From Oligoflexia bacterium (GTDB lineage: Bacteria; Bdellovibrionota; UBA1018): 64,000 nucleotides of DNA. The stretch spans positions 960,001 to 1,024,000 of the forward strand of contig CAVWVI010000004.1 of NCBI GenBank assembly GCA_963758495.1. Reading direction: 5' to 3'. The position numbers and the translations under genes were made by a program. Shown one piece after another: positions 43,973-53,016 of this stretch (positions within the stretch are counted from its first letter, which is position 1; each line of letters starts with the position of its first letter). Under the pieces are notes generated by a model, which did no database searches, was not told where the DNA came from, and was given only the letters and a program-made list of their open reading frames with translations.

Positions 43973-44566
43973 ATGACTGCCACCCATAAAGAGCCCAAAC
44001 ATTTTCACGGACCAGATAATGCAGAGCATGAAATACGAAAAGCATATAATTGCGTGATTGAAACGGGAGTCAACCACTTCTGGGATAGAAAGGCAGTTCC
44101 TGGCGTCAATGCAGACGAGGTGGTTACCTTATATAAAAATGCCTTTCATCAATATCAAAAAAAGAACCGCCTAGCGGCCGAGCGCTGGGCTCGGACAGCA
44201 AAACACCTATCCCGGGCAATTTGGCATGAGGCAAAAATTGCCTTCCTTGAGCCTCGCACTTCTGAATTACCTTTCCTAGAGGGAGCCACCGATAATGAAT
44301 ATGGGCTTTATGAAAGATCTGATACTACAGCCGACCTTCTCAATTCAGTTGCTAATCACATCCCGGCAGGACTTGACGCCATGCCTGATGAAATGAAACG
44401 CTATCTTTCTCGGGGATTAAAACACCTTAAAATACTAGAACAGGTTGGATATACCCATGAATTATTAAGAGCTGAACGCATTCAGGCAGCCCATGAGTAT
44501 GGACGCACTCTAGAATGTATGGCATTAGCTTTTGAAGCTGAAACTCAAAAAAAGACTGCTGCCTAA
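43973..44566 (+). CDS. Hypothetical helical protein
   Basis: Long ORF with GAGGA SD; no recognised motif. Confidence 0.65.
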   Translation: MTATHKEPKHFHGPDNAEHEIRKAYNCVIETGVNHFWDRKAVPGVNADEVVTLYKNAFHQYQKKNRLAAERWARTAKHLSRAIWHEAKIAFLEPRTSELPFLEGATDNEYGLYERSDTTADLLNSVANHIPAGLDAMPDEMKRYLSRGLKHLKILEQVGYTHELLRAERIQAAHEYGRTLECMALAFEAETQKKTAA

Positions 44567-44575
44567 AACGGTAGA

Positions 44576-46489
44576 CTAATCTGATTCAGGTCTGTATCCA
44601 TATTTATCCTGAATGTCCGGTGGCAATAATTGTAAAAATCTCTTTTTTATTTCGTTCCGATACGATTTTAAAAACTTAGCTTTTGCCTCATCAACTAGCT
44701 TTGTTGTGTTATTGCTTATACTTTTATTGTCCAAAAAATAAGGATCCCCAATTTGTTTATAATCTTCATATTTGCCAATTTTGCCAGAGTTTAAAAACGA
44801 GGTTACGGTTTTATAGCCATTTATGTTTCCTTCTTTGGCGATTTGCGAAGCATTGAGCATACTGTATATGAGGCAGTCATTATCAGCTTTCTGTTGTTGT
44901 GCTCTAACGTCCTTATTGAATCGAAATTCAATGGGTTTTGTGGAATCGTAAATCGTTATCTTCTGACTATTAAGAGCTTGAAGCAGTGCTGTTCTTTCAT
45001 CTTTTCCTAGTTGTGATGGAGTGGTGTTGTTTGAGTCGATGATAGTCACATTTCCTTCGTTATCAATTGTTAGAGTTACAAAATGTCCAATGCTTCCTAA
45101 AATAGTTGAATAAATTTTCTTTCCTAAGTGAAACTGTTTTTCTACTTCCATTACAATGGTATCTAAATTTTGTAATTTATATTCCGAATGCTTCCCTATA
45201 TGAATATTTAATAATGCTTGATAGTCAAAATAACCTACATTATTTTTTATGTCTTTAACTAGATCTAAATAGGTAAAAAGCGATTCATTAACGTCCATGT
45301 ATCCCATATTGAATGATCCTGGTAATTCTTCTGGATCAAAAGCAGCGACGATGTGTCCAATGTTTTCATTTATTTTATGATCAATGGTATCTGTATTTAC
45401 AGATCCATTATTATTTGCATGATTTACTTCCGCTCCCATTTTTATCTTTCCTTGCAGGTACTTTGCGATTTCTAAGTGGTTGTTAGTTACCGCAAGATAA
45501 AGAGCGGTAACTCCATTATTATCTGCATGATTTACTTCCGCTCCCTTTTCTATCAAGTACTTTACTATTTCTATGTGACCTTTTTGTGCCGAAAATATAA
45601 GGGCGGTAGATCCATTATTATTTGCATAATTTACGTCTACTCCCTTTTCAACAAGGGCCATTACTTGAGATAGGTTGCCACTCTTCGCCGCTAAAGCAAG
45701 ATCAATCCCTGCCAAGGAACCCTTAGCCGGGTCGAACTCTTTGAGCTTGTCTTGCAATTCGTGTTGTAAATCTATAAAAGATTTTGTGATTTTCTCGGCA
45801 AACCAAGTTTCTTTTATGGTGGTTTTAAATTCTTCCTTACTTATCTTTTCAGGCTTATCGAATGGATGGGTCTCGGCTTTATTTTTAGGTAATTTTATTT
45901 TGGATAAAAAATTGTAATCTTTAATTCCCTCCTCATTGGAGTTCATCAACTTTTCAATTCTTCCTTGATTGGTTAATCTGGCGCCTGTTATTTCCCATAG
46001 TTTCTCAATCAATTCATCTTTCGTTAACTCTGAACCCGATAGAGTCGGATCTCTCTTAGGCAAATCCTTCTTTTCAGCATGATTTACTTCCGATGTTTTT
46101 TTTATCTTTTCTTGCAAGTACTTTGCGATTTTTAAGTGGTTGTTAGCTACCGCAAGATAAAGAGCGGTAAATCCATCATTATTTACATGATTTACGTCTG
46201 CTCCCTTTTCTATCAAGTACTTTACTATTTCTAGGTGGCCTTTTTGTGCCGCAAATAAAAGAGCGGTAGATCCATTATTATTTGCATAATTTATGTCTAA
46301 TCCCTTTTTAACAAGAGATATGACTTGAGATAGATTGCCATCGTACGCCGCTAAAATAAGATCAGTCCCTGCAAAGGAAACCTGAGACACAAGTATGAAT
46401 GAAATGAGAAGCACCAAAACCGCTCTTGCGCCCTCATTTTTAATCGTTCTCTTAGCACGCATGACACTAAAAATCGCTGTATGAATCAT
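44576..46489 (-). CDS. Secreted ankyrin-repeat protein with C-terminal CE-clan (Ulp1-like) cysteine protease domain
   Basis: Signal peptide ending VSFA; two ankyrin blocks (GSTALLFAAQKGHLEIVKYLIEKGADVN); GHF...IIDS...QQQKADNDC. Confidence 0.75.
   Translation of the reverse strand: MIHTAIFSVMRAKRTIKNEGARAVLVLLISFILVSQVSFAGTDLILAAYDGNLSQVISLVKKGLDINYANNNGSTALLFAAQKGHLEIVKYLIEKGADVNHVNNDGFTALYLAVANNHLKIAKYLQEKIKKTSEVNHAEKKDLPKRDPTLSGSELTKDELIEKLWEITGARLTNQGRIEKLMNSNEEGIKDYNFLSKIKLPKNKAETHPFDKPEKISKEEFKTTIKETWFAEKITKSFIDLQHELQDKLKEFDPAKGSLAGIDLALAAKSGNLSQVMALVEKGVDVNYANNNGSTALIFSAQKGHIEIVKYLIEKGAEVNHADNNGVTALYLAVTNNHLEIAKYLQGKIKMGAEVNHANNNGSVNTDTIDHKINENIGHIVAAFDPEELPGSFNMGYMDVNESLFTYLDLVKDIKNNVGYFDYQALLNIHIGKHSEYKLQNLDTIVMEVEKQFHLGKKIYSTILGSIGHFVTLTIDNEGNVTIIDSNNTTPSQLGKDERTALLQALNSQKITIYDSTKPIEFRFNKDVRAQQQKADNDCLIYSMLNASQIAKEGNINGYKTVTSFLNSGKIGKYEDYKQIGDPYFLDNKSISNNTTKLVDEAKAKFLKSYRNEIKKRFLQLLPPDIQDKYGYRPESD
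45417..46383. repeat. Direct duplication of about 300 bp (45417-45723 and 46077-46383, offset 660)
   Basis: Near-identical DNA visible when lines 45421 and 46081 onward are aligned. Confidence 0.85.
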
Positions 46490-46699
46490 AGATTACCTTT
46501 AAAAGGTGTATTTACAAAAATTATAGCGGTCTTTATTATTTTTTAATAACTTATTATTTATTTTAACAGTTTACCTAAAAAAATAATGCTGTTTCCTTAA
46601 GCGATGAAATTTATTGAAAAACAGGGTTGCTGTGGTGCCACTCACTGAGTAGATTTTTTGGTGATCAAACTAAAAAATTCATCAGGGGGAAATGACACT

Positions 46700-47437
46700 A
46701 TGGCCAAACACCCCAGCAATCCTAATTTTTCAAGGCTAGGGAATCCTTAAAGCCGGCTTTTGTGGGAGAGCACTCAGTGATCATAGGGAGATGCCTACCC
46801 CCGTATGTATCTTACTCATTGTTACGATGTCTTGTCAGGCGTTACAAAGGACTTTAAACACCACCGCCTTCGCGATGAAATTACTGATGCTGAGGAGATG
46901 ATTCCCTCCTTGGAAAAGGACTCACTGTCTCTCTACGACAGGCTTTACCTCAGTGGAAGAATAATACGAGTTCACAAGTCTGCTAAGAATTATTTTCTCG
47001 CTCGGTGCAAGAGAAACAATTTTAAAGAAATTCAAAAATTCTTTGAGAGCACTAAGAAACCCTCCAGAACTATCATTGATGGTATGACCATCTATCTCAT
47101 CAAAATGAGGCCATCAGGCCGTGATGAGGATCTTGTTTTTGCCACCAACCTGCCAGAGTCTTGGGTGACCGAAGAAATTATTTTGCATCTTTACGATCTT
47201 CGTTGGGAGGTAGAGGTATCGTTTAAGGATTTACTTGAAACCATGAAGATTGAGCAGTGGCATTCCAAATTGCCCAACGGAATTCTTCAGGAACTCTATG
47301 TGGCGTTCTGGCTATTGAATTACGTTAAAATCCAAATGGCAATTGAGAACAAAACCCCCATAAAAGTTCTCGAATCGGAGTATTCGAAGCCAAATTTTAA
47401 GATCATTTTCAGCAGAGACTGCGACCTTAATTCGTAA
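46700..47437 (+). pseudogene. IS4-family transposase remnant
   Basis: YDRLY, ATNLP, LYDLRWEVEVSFKDLL (YREK-like motif); N-terminal part broken or deleted. Confidence 0.75.
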
Positions 47438-47461
47438 AAGGAAGTAAATCTGGCAGGATTA

Positions 47462-47576
47462 CACTGCTAATGGTATGGACTCGCCCGCTTGAAATACAGA
47501 CCACAATGGGCCAAGAATGATCCAACTTTTAACGGAACATTCGGACAAAACGGGAGAGCCCATACCATTAGCAGTG
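47462..47576. mobile_element. MITE-like 115-bp element
   Basis: Terminal IRs CACTGCTAATGGTATGG (17 bp perfect, 24 of 26 extended); no ORF. Confidence 0.65.
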
Positions 47577-47621
47577 GATAACGGTTAAAGCAGCATCAAT
47601 AAATATATTTTAGTTCATCTA

Positions 47622-48086
47622 TCAAGCTACCTTTTTCTTCCCTTGTGGTCTTTTCTCTGGGAAAATAGGTGATTCAGGTTTACTTTTTAGATTAGCCCTC
47701 AATGCATCTAAAATTCTGCTAGCTCGATCAACAGTGACCCCGTGATACTCATTTCTCTCATCGCGGGATACTTGCGAAACATCAATCTCAAGGCGATTAG
47801 CAAGATCTGTCTGCGAGAGCCCACGGGCAATACGAAGGGAGATGAGCATAGTTCCCAGTCCATGTAGATTCTGAAGCTCCCCTAGATCACCTCTTTTGAG
47901 TCTTTCGTAGGCCTCAACTTCTTCGACCCATTGCAAATGGAAAGACTCCATAGGTTCAAGAGCCGTCTCAATCTGCTCAGAGGTAAGGCCTTTTTCTTTC
48001 AATTTTTTCTTATGATCATCCATTCGCTTTTTTTCAGCTTTAAGGCGATTCAATGCTTTTTGATATTCGGCTTCTGTTCGGAGCAT
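47622..48086 (-). CDS. XRE-family HTH protein, putative antitoxin
   Basis: MLRTEAEYQKA N-terminus; LRIARGLSQTDLANRLEIDVSQVSRDERNEY. Confidence 0.85.
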   Translation of the reverse strand: MLRTEAEYQKALNRLKAEKKRMDDHKKKLKEKGLTSEQIETALEPMESFHLQWVEEVEAYERLKRGDLGELQNLHGLGTMLISLRIARGLSQTDLANRLEIDVSQVSRDERNEYHGVTVDRASRILDALRANLKSKPESPIFPEKRPQGKKKVA

Positions 48087-48089
48087 AGG

Positions 48090-48647
48090 TTAACCCTCCC
48101 TTAATAATTGAACAATCCCTTTGGGTTTTCCGGCTTCGCGAGTTTGTCGAAACGCGGACGGAAATTCCAATTCATATCCTCTGGAGTCACAGATTCCAGA
48201 ACTCTGGCCAAAATGTGGATAAAGTTCCACGCGGTACTGATGCCACATCGGAAGTTGCAATTTTGGAGAACCTGCCGCGGACATTCTACTTCGAGGAGCC
48301 CAAGTCCAAACTTTAAACGGGTCCAATGCATTGAGGTCTCGATGCAGATCTTTAGAAATAAATCTTTCTTCCGGACAAGCAAAGTAACCGTCAATGTCGT
48401 TCGGGTGATCTTTTTCTTCAACGAAAGAGCCATCAATAAAAATCTCAGTAATTCCAGATGACCAAAGTTGGTGCACCATAATTTCAAGGTTCTCCACCAA
48501 CTGTAAACGCCAGTCCTTATCCCAATTGGGTGGGCAGACTTTGGGTCCAGCGATGAATAACGAACTTTTGATATCGTTCAAAGTTGCTGTGTAATTCTCG
48601 GGGGGGTAGCAAGCCATCTTGATTAAAGGATTTTGGAAGCTTCGCAA
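48090..48647 (-). CDS. DUF6932-like polymerase-beta-fold nucleotidyltransferase-like protein
   Basis: IFIDGSFVEEKDHPNDID, C-terminal FRQTR...PKGIV; N-terminal reading frame uncertain. Confidence 0.7.
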   Translation of the reverse strand: MRSFQNPLIKMACYPPENYTATLNDIKSSLFIAGPKVCPPNWDKDWRLQLVENLEIMVHQLWSSGITEIFIDGSFVEEKDHPNDIDGYFACPEERFISKDLHRDLNALDPFKVWTWAPRSRMSAAGSPKLQLPMWHQYRVELYPHFGQSSGICDSRGYELEFPSAFRQTREAGKPKGIVQLLREG

Positions 48648-49041
48648 GACAATCTTATCAAATATGACAAAAATGTCAAACGGGTGTTATTTGTTAATAA
48701 CTTATTAAAAAGTGAAGTGGCACGTTGAATTCGCACTCAAGGATCTTACTCTTTCTTCTAGTCAGTCTCCCAATTTTTCCGAAGTTATTATAGGTTTTCA
48801 TCAATTAGAGGGCAGAGGCACCCAGTCCACCAAAACACTTCGCCTTTGCCCGATTCCAGGTCGCAATTATCGGATGATTCGTGAGCAGCTTGGGATGCAG
48901 TATTCTGATCAAACGGAAGTTTATTCGGAATAAAGGAAAATCAAAGTTCAGCTACGGAATACATGAAGCTCACCGGCTACCTCATAATGAGGTAGCTTCT
49001 CTATTTCAGGATATTTGCAGGTCGCGAGACTCTTATTACGC

Positions 49042-49076
49042 AAAAAAGGCCCTGCAGATTTTGAATCCACAGAGCC
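49042..49076 (-). terminator. Rho-independent terminator of rplM-rpsI
   Basis: Minus strand GGCTCTGTGGATT-CAA-AATCTGCAGGGCC-TTTTTT. Confidence 0.75.
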
Positions 49077-49175
49077 TCTTTAAAATGATATTATATAAAC
49101 CACTCGTCTTACTAGCTAGTAAAGGCTAGCTAATAAAGGCTAGCCAGCAACGGGCTAGCTGATCCGAGCAGGATA

Positions 49176-49574
49176 TTAACGTTTCGAGTATTGGAATCGG
49201 CGACGCGCACCAGCCAAGCCGTATTTCTTACGCTCGACTTCACGGGAGTCACGAGTTAAGTGCCCGGCCTTCTTTAATACTGGACGAAAAGAAGGATCAA
49301 CCTCTAAAAGTGCTCGGGAGATGCCATGCTTCACAGCTCCAGCTTGTCCGGAAAGGCCACCACCATGAACATTCACTAAAATATCAAAACGTCCCACAGT
49401 TGAAGTGAGCTCGAGAGGCTGCATAATCAGCATTCGAGCAGTAGGACGAGGGAAATAATCTTCAAACGAACGATCATTGACCCGAATGACACCATCGTCT
49501 CCAGCACGGGGGCGGATATAAACACGCGCGATAGCGTTCTTACGCTTCCCTACTTGGTGTTGCTGTTTTTCCAT
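49176..49574 (-). CDS. rpsI: 30S ribosomal protein S9
   Basis: [16 protein letters not shown]...QYSKR. Confidence 0.97.
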   Translation of the reverse strand: MEKQQHQVGKRKNAIARVYIRPRAGDDGVIRVNDRSFEDYFPRPTARMLIMQPLELTSTVGRFDILVNVHGGGLSGQAGAVKHGISRALLEVDPSFRPVLKKAGHLTRDSREVERKKYGLAGARRRFQYSKR

Positions 49575-49621
49575 TCTAAACTTTCTCCTTTACGAACTGA
49601 TTTACCTGAGCCTGATCCGTA

Positions 49622-50140
49622 TTATGACCTAGTTTTTTTAGGCTGAGTCAAGACAGTATTACGGATAACGCCAGCCGGAAGAGGCTGAGGTCCTTGAGCT
49701 TGATGAGTATGCTCAGTTCCTGTAAAAATTTTCAATTTTTTCATTTGATGACGAGCTAAGCTTGATTTTCCGGTCATACCCCAAACAGCACGTCTCAGAA
49801 TTTCTTCTGGGTGCCGCTCTAGCATTTCCTTCGCTGTTTTCGTCTTCAAACCACCCACATAACCTGAGTGATCCCGATAAAGTTTATCATTCCATTTATT
49901 TCGGGTGAAAACTACCTTATCGGCGTTTAGCACTACAATGAAATCACCAGTATCGGCATGCTTGGTATAAGTAGGTTTGTGTTTGCCGGTTACCACTCGC
50001 GCCAAGATTGTCGCAAGACGGCCGACCACTTGGTCTTTAGCATCAACGACAAACCACTTAGGTGCATGAGGTCCTTTAGTTTCAAAAAGGTGAGGACCGG
50101 ACTGCTTCGCCTGATAAGACTTTTGCTGCAACATAGACAC
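49622..50140 (-). CDS. rplM: 50S ribosomal protein L13
   Basis: WFVVDA...GRLA, GKHKPTYT, DTGD; start is GTG 50140 or ATG 50134. Confidence 0.96.
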   Translation of the reverse strand: MSMLQQKSYQAKQSGPHLFETKGPHAPKWFVVDAKDQVVGRLATILARVVTGKHKPTYTKHADTGDFIVVLNADKVVFTRNKWNDKLYRDHSGYVGGLKTKTAKEMLERHPEEILRRAVWGMTGKSSLARHQMKKLKIFTGTEHTHQAQGPQPLPAGVIRNTVLTQPKKTRS

Positions 50141-50260
50141 TTGGGAGTACAGGAGCTCTGTGTTGAAGTCAATGGGTTTTTAACCTGAGATCAGTTAATT
50201 TATAACCACTTAATACAATTGAATAAATACCTTCGACCGCAGGCCTGCACAAACCGAGAA

Positions 50261-50404
50261 GGCAGTAGAATATCTTGAATACAAAAAATTACCTTTCATA
50301 AACTTTACCCGCACGAAGCCAGGACGGCGAGAGTGCGGGCAGGGTAGGCAAGGATGCCAAGTTTACTGAAAGGTAATTTTTTGTATTCAAGATATTCTAC
50401 TGCC
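50261..50404. repeat. 144-bp palindromic element with perfect 38-bp arms
   Basis: GGCAGTAGAATATCTTGAATACAAAAAATTACCTTTCA (50261-50298) and its reverse complement (50367-50404). Confidence 0.92.
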
Positions 50405-50414
50405 GGTCGCGGTA

Positions 50415-53009
50415 CTAAATTACGCCAATAGAAAAATGGATCTGATCGGTGCTACTATCTCCTGGCCGATCCAGTTTAAATCCCCAATCTAAATTCACAG
50501 GTCCTACAGGAGTCTGATAATGAAACCCAAATCCTGCGCTATAGCGTAGTCCCCCAAAAGAGAAATTATCGATCAATAAATTTGCCGCATCGAGAAAAAT
50601 GCCGGCCTTTAAGGCCCCCGCGAAGGGAAAATCAATCTCAGTTCGGTAATTTACATAAGCAAGGCTACCCTTAATATAAGAATCTTGATTATTGAGTTCT
50701 TGCTCCTGATATCCACGTAAGCTACCAATACCACCCAATGCAAATTGTTTAATTAAAGGAATTGCAGGTCCACTTTGATTTAAAGTCGAAACAGTATTGA
50801 TTTCATATCCAGTTCGAAAACTTAAATACCAAACCCAAGCCTTGCCTAAGGGAATGCTATAGTCAGATCGGAATTGAAAACGATAATAGCCTAAGTCTTG
50901 AGAACCAAACGGAGGATAAGCAAGATCTAGCCAAGCTGTCGCGAATAATCCAGAAGTGGGAGAGAGAGGATCGTCTCTAAGATCAATACTTAAACGCGGC
51001 GTCACTGTCCCAATCTGCAAGTGTTGACTGGCGGTAGTGGCAACAGCTTCAGCATTAAATTCATAGATACTTTCCCAAGTATAAGTCAAATTACCGGTCA
51101 AGTTAGGGTATTTTAGCAAGGGTTTTTCCCATGAAGCCGAGGCCGTAAGAGTATCGGCTGCAAAATTAATATATTGCGTCTGCCCCGCTGAAATCGCCGG
51201 GCGAAAAGTTAGACCCGGCAATCCAAACCAAGGCCACAAGTAGGAAAACTGAATCTGCCCTTCCGGAAAGTTATAATCAGAAAACCTCCTATTCACACTC
51301 GCATTGATAGAACCTGTATGATTCAAACCCCAAAGATTGGAATACGCTAGCTGACTAAAGAGTCGAACCCCTAAATCATTTCTAAATCCTGGACCCCATG
51401 TTAAAGTGCCTCGATCTGCTTCTTGGACACTAATCCTAACGATTTTATAGCCTGCTTGACCAGGGTCATCGATTGGCTTAATGGTAACAACGGAAAAAAT
51501 TCCAAGTCTTTGAAGATTAATTTTGCTTTCAATTAAACGTGATTCTCCGAGAACATCCCCTTTTTTTAAATTGAGTTCACGACGAATGATAAATTCCTTG
51601 GTCTTTGCAACCCCATCAATCTCAATTTGACTCACATGGTACTGAGGACCTTCATCCATTTGCAAAGAAATATCTGCTAAATGGTTTTCATGTGAATAAG
51701 AGATCAGAGTATCCGTTCCTTCATTCATAATTTTAAAAGAAAGATATCCTCGATCGCGGTAAGCTTTTTTTAAGGCTTCAAGTCCCTCCGTAAACGCAAA
51801 GAGATTGAGCGCATTTCCTTCTCCAACATGAAGAAAGTTCTTAATATCAGATAGCTTAAGCACTTGGTTTCCACTGAAAGTTAAGCTTTGAACTAACGTT
51901 TGTTCTCCTTCATAAAGATAGACTATCAATTTTACCGCACTGTTTGCCTGATGAGTTTTCGGTTGAGGGGGATAAATTGAACTGATAGTGACCAGCTTAG
52001 CCGCCAAATATCCCTTTTCCTTCATCCACTCAATCATGAGTTCAGCCGCTTTTTGAACATCACTCTCGACATAAAATCCATGTTGCACTATTCCAGAAGC
52101 CGCCGAGAAAAACTGCTCTCGCAATTCATCACTTGAAAAGACGTGATTTCCATCAAAATCAATGGATTGAAGTTTTACTCTAGGACCTTCCTCAACTATA
52201 TAAGTCACCTGCCGTTCGGAGCGCGAAGTATTTTCGAGAGTATAGGCAGTAATTTGAACCCGACTAAATCCAGCAGAGCGATATTCTGCTTCAAGACGAG
52301 TCCGTATCGCTCCCACATAATCTTTACCAAGACCCACCAGTCTCTGCTCATCCACTAAACTATCCAGATAACCTCGAGTAAAAACTGTATTTCCTCGAAA
52401 GCCAAAACTTACCTTCTCACCTAAATCCACATTAACATCGACTTTGACCCAAGAAGGCGCCGTCGACGCATGCGTTACATCAACTTTTGCACCAATATAT
52501 TCCTCTAAAGCTAAAAATTCCTGAATTGCACGCTTTCCTTCAGAGACCTTATCTTCATCATAGATATCTCCCTTTGACAAACTCATGAGGGCTTTTATTT
52601 TTCTCTCAAGGCTTTCTCGTGTGCGATAGACTCCCTTTTCCTTCAGTCCTTGTGAAGAAATTTGAATTTCAGATATTCGAGAGGGAACGCCTTCGCTTAC
52701 CTTAAATTCCAAAACCGTTTCTAAATTTTTGCTTTCATTACTTTTACGTGCCAGCCTACTTTGAACGCTCATTCCTTGATAGCCATGAAGAAAATAAAGC
52801 GATTGTAAATTTTCTTCAGTACGAATTACTTTCAATCGCTCAAGCTGGTCACCGGGTGCTAACTCAAGAGTGCCTTCAATTTGAGTAGCGGGAAATGCTT
52901 TTACTCCTTGAATTTCAATACGATCAATTTCAATAGCCCCTGCTTGTCTACTCACAAGAGTCAACCCGACCGCGATTATGATGCCTAATGTTGCTCTCAA
53001 GCTCATCAT
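50415..53009 (-). CDS. Omp85-family outer-membrane protein with multiple POTRA domains (TamA/BamA-like)
   Basis: POTRA repeats, GGIGSLRGY, YQTPVGPVNLDWG, HFSIG. Confidence 0.9.
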   Translation of the reverse strand: MMSLRATLGIIIAVGLTLVSRQAGAIEIDRIEIQGVKAFPATQIEGTLELAPGDQLERLKVIRTEENLQSLYFLHGYQGMSVQSRLARKSNESKNLETVLEFKVSEGVPSRISEIQISSQGLKEKGVYRTRESLERKIKALMSLSKGDIYDEDKVSEGKRAIQEFLALEEYIGAKVDVTHASTAPSWVKVDVNVDLGEKVSFGFRGNTVFTRGYLDSLVDEQRLVGLGKDYVGAIRTRLEAEYRSAGFSRVQITAYTLENTSRSERQVTYIVEEGPRVKLQSIDFDGNHVFSSDELREQFFSAASGIVQHGFYVESDVQKAAELMIEWMKEKGYLAAKLVTISSIYPPQPKTHQANSAVKLIVYLYEGEQTLVQSLTFSGNQVLKLSDIKNFLHVGEGNALNLFAFTEGLEALKKAYRDRGYLSFKIMNEGTDTLISYSHENHLADISLQMDEGPQYHVSQIEIDGVAKTKEFIIRRELNLKKGDVLGESRLIESKINLQRLGIFSVVTIKPIDDPGQAGYKIVRISVQEADRGTLTWGPGFRNDLGVRLFSQLAYSNLWGLNHTGSINASVNRRFSDYNFPEGQIQFSYLWPWFGLPGLTFRPAISAGQTQYINFAADTLTASASWEKPLLKYPNLTGNLTYTWESIYEFNAEAVATTASQHLQIGTVTPRLSIDLRDDPLSPTSGLFATAWLDLAYPPFGSQDLGYYRFQFRSDYSIPLGKAWVWYLSFRTGYEINTVSTLNQSGPAIPLIKQFALGGIGSLRGYQEQELNNQDSYIKGSLAYVNYRTEIDFPFAGALKAGIFLDAANLLIDNFSFGGLRYSAGFGFHYQTPVGPVNLDWGFKLDRPGDSSTDQIHFSIGVI

Positions 53010-53016
53010 GAAGCGT

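Noticed and set aside
48712..49129. Short ORFs between the NTase-like gene and rpsI
   Set aside because: No motifs or ribosome-binding site; one runs through the rpsI terminator; may be decayed DNA I cannot identify
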